Below are positions 58,144 to 64,000 of a DNA stretch of 64,000 nucleotides, piece after piece. Source of the stretch: Gammaproteobacteria bacterium (GTDB taxonomy: Bacteria; Pseudomonadota; Gammaproteobacteria; UBA4575); NCBI GenBank assembly GCA_033344735.1, contig JAWPMW010000001.1:911869-975868 (forward strand), read 5' to 3'. Under the pieces are notes generated by a model. It was not told the DNA's origin, did no database searches, and was given only the letters and a program-made list of their open reading frames with translations. A program made the position numbers and the translations under genes. Positions within the stretch are counted from its first letter, which is position 1; every line of letters starts with the position of its first letter.

Positions 58144-58527
58144 ATGGACTTATTAAGACATGGTTTATCAGTAGGAATAGAACGGTCAGATAATAACTAT
58201 TATTTATATATCAAGGCCATTGGAAAACTGACTCACGAGGATTATGGGATTATTGTACCAATGATTGAAGGTGCACTTGAAGGTATAAAAGATCCTAATA
58301 TTATCGCATTAATAGATGGATCTGAATTCGAAGGCTGGGAGATAAGAGCTGCATGGGACGATTTCAAACTGAGTTTAAAGCATGGTAGCGAATTTAAAAA
58401 AGTCGCAGTAATTGGCAATAAGAAATGGTTACAAGTTGGCTCTAAAATAGGTTCATGGTTGATATCGGGAAGAGTTAGACAGTTTGAAGACAATAATACG
58501 GCTTTACAATGGTTACTCGACAAATAG
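58144..58527 (+). CDS. STAS / SpoIIAA-like domain protein (127 aa)
   Basis: KVAVIGNKKWLQVGSKIGSWL resembles the SpoIIAA-like (PF11964) family. Confidence 0.45.
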   Translation: MDLLRHGLSVGIERSDNNYYLYIKAIGKLTHEDYGIIVPMIEGALEGIKDPNIIALIDGSEFEGWEIRAAWDDFKLSLKHGSEFKKVAVIGNKKWLQVGSKIGSWLISGRVRQFEDNNTALQWLLDK

Positions 58528-58559
58528 AAAATTAAGATATTTATAACAGAAAGGGTATT

Positions 58560-59288
58560 ATGCAATTTCGAGTAATGTCTTACAACATACATAAATGTAT
58601 AGGTAGCATTGATCGCAAATATAGACCTGAAAGAATAGTAGAGACAATTCGCCACTATCAACCGGACATCGTCTTGCTTCAAGAAGTCGACAAAGGCGTG
58701 CCGCGCTCAAGACATGATAACCAAGTTAAATTATTAGCAAATAATTTAGACTTTAAGTATTCGCTGTTTCAAGCTAACGTTAAATTAAAATATGGCTGTT
58801 ATGGTAATGCTATTCTTAGCCATTACCCTTTAAGCTATCATTCTAATATTGATCTCACTGTCCCACCTAAGAAAAAGAGACGCAGTTTAGCCACACAAAT
58901 TAAAATAAAATCTGGCGGTCATGTAAGATCAGTTAAATTTATTAATGTTCATCTTGGTTTAGCTGCCTATGAACGGAAAATTCAAGTCACACGAATTGTA
59001 AACGACAATTATACAACGAGTAATCCACATAAATTACCCATTATTTTAGGTGGTGATTTCAACGATCTGTGGCAAAATCTATGCAGAAAAGTATTGTATG
59101 CAAATGATTTCACACCAGTTTTAGGCAAGACTAAAACCTTCCCTTCAATATTACCCTCTCGAGCACTAGATAGAATATTTTATCGAGGAGATCTAGAAGT
59201 AATTAACTCTTTTGCTGGACACATAAAATTAGCTCGCGCCGCATCAGACCACTTGCCAATTATTACTGATTTTTACCTGCCTATTTAA
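58560..59288 (+). CDS. Endonuclease/exonuclease/phosphatase (EEP) family protein, YbhP-like
   Basis: MSYNIHKCIG...IVLLQEVD N-terminal EEP motifs and C-terminal SDHLPI. Confidence 0.8.
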   Translation: MQFRVMSYNIHKCIGSIDRKYRPERIVETIRHYQPDIVLLQEVDKGVPRSRHDNQVKLLANNLDFKYSLFQANVKLKYGCYGNAILSHYPLSYHSNIDLTVPPKKKRRSLATQIKIKSGGHVRSVKFINVHLGLAAYERKIQVTRIVNDNYTTSNPHKLPIILGGDFNDLWQNLCRKVLYANDFTPVLGKTKTFPSILPSRALDRIFYRGDLEVINSFAGHIKLARAASDHLPIITDFYLPI

Positions 59289-59303
59289 TTTATAGTTTAA
59301 TGG

Positions 59304-59525
59304 CTAATCCCACTCATGAATCAATGAGCAATCAATAACAGCACTATCATCCATCCAATCTACAAGACAATATTTCCCAATATATTTACGATTAACTGAT
59401 TTACTATCCTTTTTGTCTTTAACAATATTTCTGTTGTCTGCAAATACTCTTTCGCTTAATGTATGAGTTGACAATAAAGGCTTGGTATAGACAATTACAT
59501 TCTCAGACATACTAGCATCTCTCAA
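59304..59525 (-). CDS. hypothetical protein (73 aa)
   Basis: ORF track only. Confidence 0.2.
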   Translation of the reverse strand: MRDASMSENVIVYTKPLLSTHTLSERVFADNRNIVKDKKDSKSVNRKYIGKYCLVDWMDDSAVIDCSLIHEWD

Positions 59526-59598
59526 TCACTTAATTAGTTATACATATAACAACTAGCCTATTAAAGATTATTGATTTAGCTCAATTAAATCAGCAAAT

Positions 59599-59910
59599 TT
59601 ATTCATGTGACTCTACATACAACTTAAGATGAAATCTTAATCTATCAATTTCTTCAATTAAATCTAAAGCTAACGCGACTCCTTCGATATTGATGCCTAA
59701 GTCATTCCCAAGTCTAATTGCAGCTTGGACACTCTTTAAATGAGTCGCGGAAAATTTCCAGTTTTCATAATTTTCGCCGTTCGGCTCTATTACACCTTCA
59801 TCCACTAACTTTATTATCAAATCTTCTTCACTGTTACTGACCAAACATAATTCGCTTAATGTAAATTCAACCTGTTCATCTAACAATTCACCAACATGGA
59901 GTTTTTTCAT
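59599..59910 (-). CDS. cbpM: Chaperone modulatory protein CbpM (MerR-like)
   Basis: About 100 aa. Located immediately downstream of cbpA. LSELCLVSNSEEDLIIKLVDEGVIEP matches CbpM. Confidence 0.7.
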   Translation of the reverse strand: MKKLHVGELLDEQVEFTLSELCLVSNSEEDLIIKLVDEGVIEPNGENYENWKFSATHLKSVQAAIRLGNDLGINIEGVALALDLIEEIDRLRFHLKLYVESHE

Positions 59911-59916
59911 CAGTTT

Positions 59917-60864
59917 TTACACTCCTAACGCTTTACGTGGATTAAACTGAAATGTCTGTTCCATCTGTCGATAGAGTGATTTTTCAGCGTCAGACTTTGC
60001 ATTAGGAACTGAAACCTCCAGGACAGCAATAATATCTCCAGATGGTTTTCCAGGGATGCCCTGACCTTTTAATCGAAGTTTACTTCCACCAGACGACCCA
60101 GGCGGAATTTTTAATTCCACCTTACTAACTGGTGTAGGTAAAGTGATAGTTGCTCCTAATGCAGCTTCCCATGGGCTCACAGGCAACTTAATGTATATAT
60201 CTCTATCTTCAACACTAAACATAGGATGAGAACTAAATTCAACCTCCAAATAAAGATCTCCTGCAGGACCACCACCAATACCTTTCGCACCCTGTGCTGC
60301 CAATCTGATTTTCTGTCTTTGTTTTACTCCCTTAGGTATCTTTACATTTAATGTTCTTTGCTTATTAACAAGCTTTCCATGCTCATCTATTTCTGGTGTT
60401 TTCAATACTAAATCTCTTATAATGCCATTATATGAGTCTGAGATATCAATCAATATTTTTGCATGGTGATCTTCACCTCGAGAGTGGCTATTAGAAAAGT
60501 GTTGATAGCCGGCTTTAGAGCGTGCAGCATGACCAAATAATGATTCAAAAAAATCGCTTGAATGCATATCACTATAATTAGTGTATCTATCACTAAACTC
60601 GAAACCAGCATCCCAGTTAGGTGGTGGTTTAAAATCTTGACCAGATTGCCAATTAGAGCCTAATTGATCATAAGCAGCTCTTTTCTCTGGATCTTTCAAA
60701 ACCTCATAAGCCTCACCTAATTCTTTAAATTTAGCTTCAGCATCTTTTTCTTTACTGACATCGGGGTGATATTTACGGGCAAGTTTACGATAGGCACGCT
60801 TAATGTCATCTTGAGTTGCGCCTCGTTCAACACCAATGACTTTGTAATAATCTTTATAATCCAT
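59917..60864 (-). CDS. cbpA: Curved DNA-binding protein CbpA (DnaJ homolog)
   Basis: J domain with [14 protein letters not shown] (HPD motif). No Cys-rich zinc domain. 315 aa. Confidence 0.85.
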   Translation of the reverse strand: MDYKDYYKVIGVERGATQDDIKRAYRKLARKYHPDVSKEKDAEAKFKELGEAYEVLKDPEKRAAYDQLGSNWQSGQDFKPPPNWDAGFEFSDRYTNYSDMHSSDFFESLFGHAARSKAGYQHFSNSHSRGEDHHAKILIDISDSYNGIIRDLVLKTPEIDEHGKLVNKQRTLNVKIPKGVKQRQKIRLAAQGAKGIGGGPAGDLYLEVEFSSHPMFSVEDRDIYIKLPVSPWEAALGATITLPTPVSKVELKIPPGSSGGSKLRLKGQGIPGKPSGDIIAVLEVSVPNAKSDAEKSLYRQMEQTFQFNPRKALGV

Positions 60865-61573
60865 ACACCCTCAACGTAATTTAGAGTTCATATTGACGTT
60901 GGGTAAAAACATAGTTATTGATACAAATCAATAATAAGCATTAAATTAATTAATCAATATAAAAATTGCTCTGAATCAATATATGATTAACCGTTAAATT
61001 GATAATTTGTGATAGTGATTAATAAATAGGATAGGTCTAATGGACAAACAACTACACACACTGATTCAATCTTATCAGACCACTTTTCCCAGAAAATTCG
61101 AAATAAACATCCGAATCAACTATGGAAGATTTCTTGGTGACTGTATCATGGTTACTTAATAATGATCCAAGTCAACCCAACAAGAGATCTAGAAACGTAG
61201 TTATAGAAATACCAAAGGACACTATTAATGACTATTCGAGTAAAAAAGATAACCAAAAAGACAATGATGATAAAAAATTATGCAAATAGGTTATAGAATT
61301 CTTGCATTTATTAAACCCAAATCATGATTCATTAGGTGATACTTGCGCACCCGAAGTGAAATTAATTGCATGCGGATCGGTACTGAATAGTTGATATAAG
61401 AAAAAAATTTATTAAATGGCCGCCGAATATAGATCAGAGGTAACATGTCAGATAAAAAAACCTGTATATATACACTAGTAGCTATAATATTACTTACAGC
61501 AACTATCTCATGGGTGCTCATTGAGATAGGATTATTAAGTATTACTTTCGGTTAGATCTTATAAATAATATAC

Positions 61574-62455
61574 TTATGGTTCTTCAGGCTCAATGTGTAT
61601 CACCACATCTTCCATACCATAAAGTTCTGCCAATTTATGTTCTATTTGATCTGCTATAGCATGTGATTCATTTGTCGATAAATGACGACCTACAATCACG
61701 ATTATGTCTGCAAAGATACCATGTTCAATGACTCTCGAACGCATTCGCCTTACTTTTACAACACCGTGTAGCTGTTCAATATAGCTAATGACCTGTTCGT
61801 GATCTAAAGATGTGCTATCAACTAATATTGGGATGCACTTACTGAATAATGTATAAGCGAGGTATAACACAAATATAGAAATTCCTAGTGAAAGTAAAAA
61901 ATCAAACATTGGATAGCCACGAGCAGCTAATTGCCAACCTCCAATCACGGCAACTGTTGTCAATATATCGCTAAGCGTGTGTCTTGCATCTGCTTTTAAT
62001 ATTTCCGAATCAAGACGCACAGCCCAATAATGCTCCCAACTAGATATGCCAATATTAATTACTAGTACTCCGCACATCAAAATAAAACCCCATTGACTAA
62101 GCAGTATTGGATTTCCAATTCGCTCAAAAGCTCGAAAAACAATCTCTATGGCAACAACACTTAAAAGCGTTGCCAATATAAATACAGCCAAGGTTTCAAA
62201 TTTTCGATGACCATATGGGTGATTCAGATCCGGGCCATAAGAAGAAATCTTAATTAATGTAAATGCGAGAATATTGTTAAATAAATCTGACAATGAATGT
62301 AATGCGTCGCTTAAAATGGCACTAGATCCAGTATATATTCCAACCCAGGCTTTTATAGTTAAAATAATGAGGTTTGCAAACCCTTCTATAATTAAAATTG
62401 AACGAACTTTTCTATTCTTTTCAACGATGGATTTATGTTGAAGCAACTTGGTCAT
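61574..62455 (-). CDS. Cation diffusion facilitator (CDF) family metal efflux transporter
   Basis: Six TM helices, HSLSD and H..D motifs in TM2/TM5, cytoplasmic C-terminal domain. 293 aa. Confidence 0.85.
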   Translation of the reverse strand: MTKLLQHKSIVEKNRKVRSILIIEGFANLIILTIKAWVGIYTGSSAILSDALHSLSDLFNNILAFTLIKISSYGPDLNHPYGHRKFETLAVFILATLLSVVAIEIVFRAFERIGNPILLSQWGFILMCGVLVINIGISSWEHYWAVRLDSEILKADARHTLSDILTTVAVIGGWQLAARGYPMFDFLLSLGISIFVLYLAYTLFSKCIPILVDSTSLDHEQVISYIEQLHGVVKVRRMRSRVIEHGIFADIIVIVGRHLSTNESHAIADQIEHKLAELYGMEDVVIHIEPEEP

Positions 62456-62588
62456 AATTAACTCGAATCTATGCTCTACATTGCAATTAAAATAATAGTG
62501 TTGTATTCAAAACTAATCGCTATACATTAAGAATTTTGGAAAATTTAATATTGCCAATTAAATTATTTGGAAATGAGAAGCATTTTTC

Positions 62589-63929
62589 TTAAAGAATGAA
62601 TGATATTCCGAACGCTAGAATATTTGCATGTACATCATATTCACCGACAAGGTTACCTCTTGAAACATTTGGTTCTGAAGAGGTTGATAATACCAATGTA
62701 GGATCATCTAAATTTAGATGCGAATATGCACCATGGACTTTTATATGATTATTTATGGCATAAGTCCCTCCTAATGAAAACCAATATCGATCTGCATCAG
62801 GAACACGTGGTGATCTGAATTCATTTGATGACGCACCTTCTTCATAAGCAATACCTCCACGTAATTGTAGACGATCATTGGGACGATATTCTATTCCAAA
62901 AGAAGCAAACCAGGTGTCATCCCATTTCAAATTCGTAATATTATTACTTTGACTTGGATTCTCAAATTGTATAACAAGCTGATCCACTCTCGACCAACGT
63001 GTAAAATCAAATTCAGACATAATGGACCATGACTTATTTATATCATGACGAATTCCAAAAGTGATAAATTCTGGCGTTTCAATTCGGCTAAATGAGTCTG
63101 TATTTATGAAAGCATCGGTTGCACCACTGAGTGTAGCTCCAATCCCTTGCGGGTCTAATCTAAAATCTGCCTTCCCCTTCAATTGATAAGAAATTTTAGA
63201 ACGATACGCTATACCCAGCTTAGTGGTTGGTGAAGTCTCAAATAAAAAACCTGCTGTCCAACCAAATCCCCAATCATCACCTTTTATACTTACGAATCCA
63301 TCTTGGTTAGTGCTTGCTGGAATAGCTCCCGGGACTGAATTTAAGAAGCCCAAAGTGCCAAAATCAATAGCGTTATCAATTTCAACTTCTAGATACTGAG
63401 CTTGAATGCCAATTGAATATGAAAATTTATTATTAACTTTAAATGCAAGTAATGGATTAATATTGATTGAACGTAATTCAGATTGGATCGCGTAATAACG
63501 TCCCACCCAATTATGATCATAATTCGTTTTCAGTCCCCAAGGCGCACTGACGTTAATCCCGAATTTTAAATTATCAGCCCAGCTATAAACTGCAGAAATT
63601 GCAGGTACCCTCGATGTTTCATGTTTAAATGTCCCAGAACCTTCAATTAAGCTACCAGAAATTGTTGAGGAATTTCCATTATTATAATCGCCTGAGAAAT
63701 GAATAACAGAAGCACTACTAGAAAGTGTATTTCTATCATATAGCGTCATTGATGCACCATTGAAAAAAATAGCATTGGCGTCATGGCTACCTGCAGCAAT
63801 GCCAGCGAATGAATTTCCCTGTCCCAGTGCAGACTGCTCACGAATCTGAAAACCTGACGCATCACCATCCTGATGATGAATCAGAAATAATAACGCGAAA
63901 ATACATAATTTTTTAGATCGAAGAATCAT
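62589..63929 (-). CDS. Outer-membrane long-chain fatty acid / hydrophobic compound transporter (FadL/TodX/OmpP1 family)
   Basis: Signal peptide from the internal Met (MILRSKKLCIFALLF). GFQIREQSALGQGNSFAG N-terminal hatch motif. C-terminal beta-strand ending in F. Confidence 0.75.
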   Translation of the reverse strand: MILRSKKLCIFALLFLIHHQDGDASGFQIREQSALGQGNSFAGIAAGSHDANAIFFNGASMTLYDRNTLSSSASVIHFSGDYNNGNSSTISGSLIEGSGTFKHETSRVPAISAVYSWADNLKFGINVSAPWGLKTNYDHNWVGRYYAIQSELRSININPLLAFKVNNKFSYSIGIQAQYLEVEIDNAIDFGTLGFLNSVPGAIPASTNQDGFVSIKGDDWGFGWTAGFLFETSPTTKLGIAYRSKISYQLKGKADFRLDPQGIGATLSGATDAFINTDSFSRIETPEFITFGIRHDINKSWSIMSEFDFTRWSRVDQLVIQFENPSQSNNITNLKWDDTWFASFGIEYRPNDRLQLRGGIAYEEGASSNEFRSPRVPDADRYWFSLGGTYAINNHIKVHGAYSHLNLDDPTLVLSTSSEPNVSRGNLVGEYDVHANILAFGISFIL

Positions 63930-64000
63930 TTGATATATCAATAACTGTAATTTCAAGCCATTTAAAATTATACATTCAAATCGAGTTGTTTATCAGGAGA

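Noticed and set aside
61291-61521. 76-aa ORF in the AT-rich cbpA upstream region
   Set aside because: AT-rich intergenic DNA with no RBS and no motifs. More likely the cbpA promoter/curved-DNA region.

Overview
This 64 kb chromosomal window appears to come from a low-GC (roughly 40%) gammaproteobacterium. Core-genome synteny is Pseudomonas-like: nadB / rpoE-rseA-rseB-degP-lepA, folP, orn / rsgA, and ffs-dnaX-ybaB-recR. Later in the window come cbpA-cbpM, cls, a CDF transporter and FadL. Several accessory modules sit in this backbone. (1) Positions 1391-7129 hold a periplasmic methanethiol-oxidase locus: mtoX (selenium-binding-protein-56 family), two SCO1/SenC copper chaperones, a MauG-like di-haem peroxidase and two TlpA-like thioredoxins. 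(2) Immediately next to it is an NAD-linked molybdo-formate dehydrogenase (fused NuoE/NuoF-like beta subunit plus alpha subunit). A secreted His/Tyr-rich basic protein follows. (3) A 7.46 kb gene encodes a 2486-aa secreted protein that fuses a PA14 domain, a galactose-oxidase-like copper radical oxidase domain (Cys235, Tyr280, Tyr494-His495, His579-580 align with the galactose oxidase active site), a YVTN beta-propeller and a di-haem cytochrome c peroxidase domain. The fused domains are interspersed with TSP3 calcium-binding repeats, carbohydrate-binding-like modules and five tandem Ig-like repeats. A second di-haem peroxidase and a small periplasmic protein are encoded directly upstream, with a Fur-box-like sequence at 33563-33583. 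(4) A sigma-54 promoter drives a 483-aa NtaA/DszA/DmoA-type flavin monooxygenase, a DUF4242 protein and an NtrC-type activator. (5) A secreted animal-type haem peroxidase has two 21-bp direct repeats in its promoter. (6) A DcyD/ACC-deaminase-like gene, a Gfa-like formaldehyde-activating gene and an FNT channel gene form a cluster. (7) An IS481-like insertion sequence (about 1.2 kb, 20-bp terminal inverted repeats) has truncated an Asp/Glu-racemase-family gene that also carries an in-frame stop. A 4.5S (SRP) RNA gene upstream of dnaX is not in the ORF track. The recurring theme is periplasmic copper and haem enzymes that make or consume H2O2, together with C1/sulfur (methanethiol, formaldehyde, formate) metabolism. 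No CRISPR array, tRNA or rRNA gene was seen.
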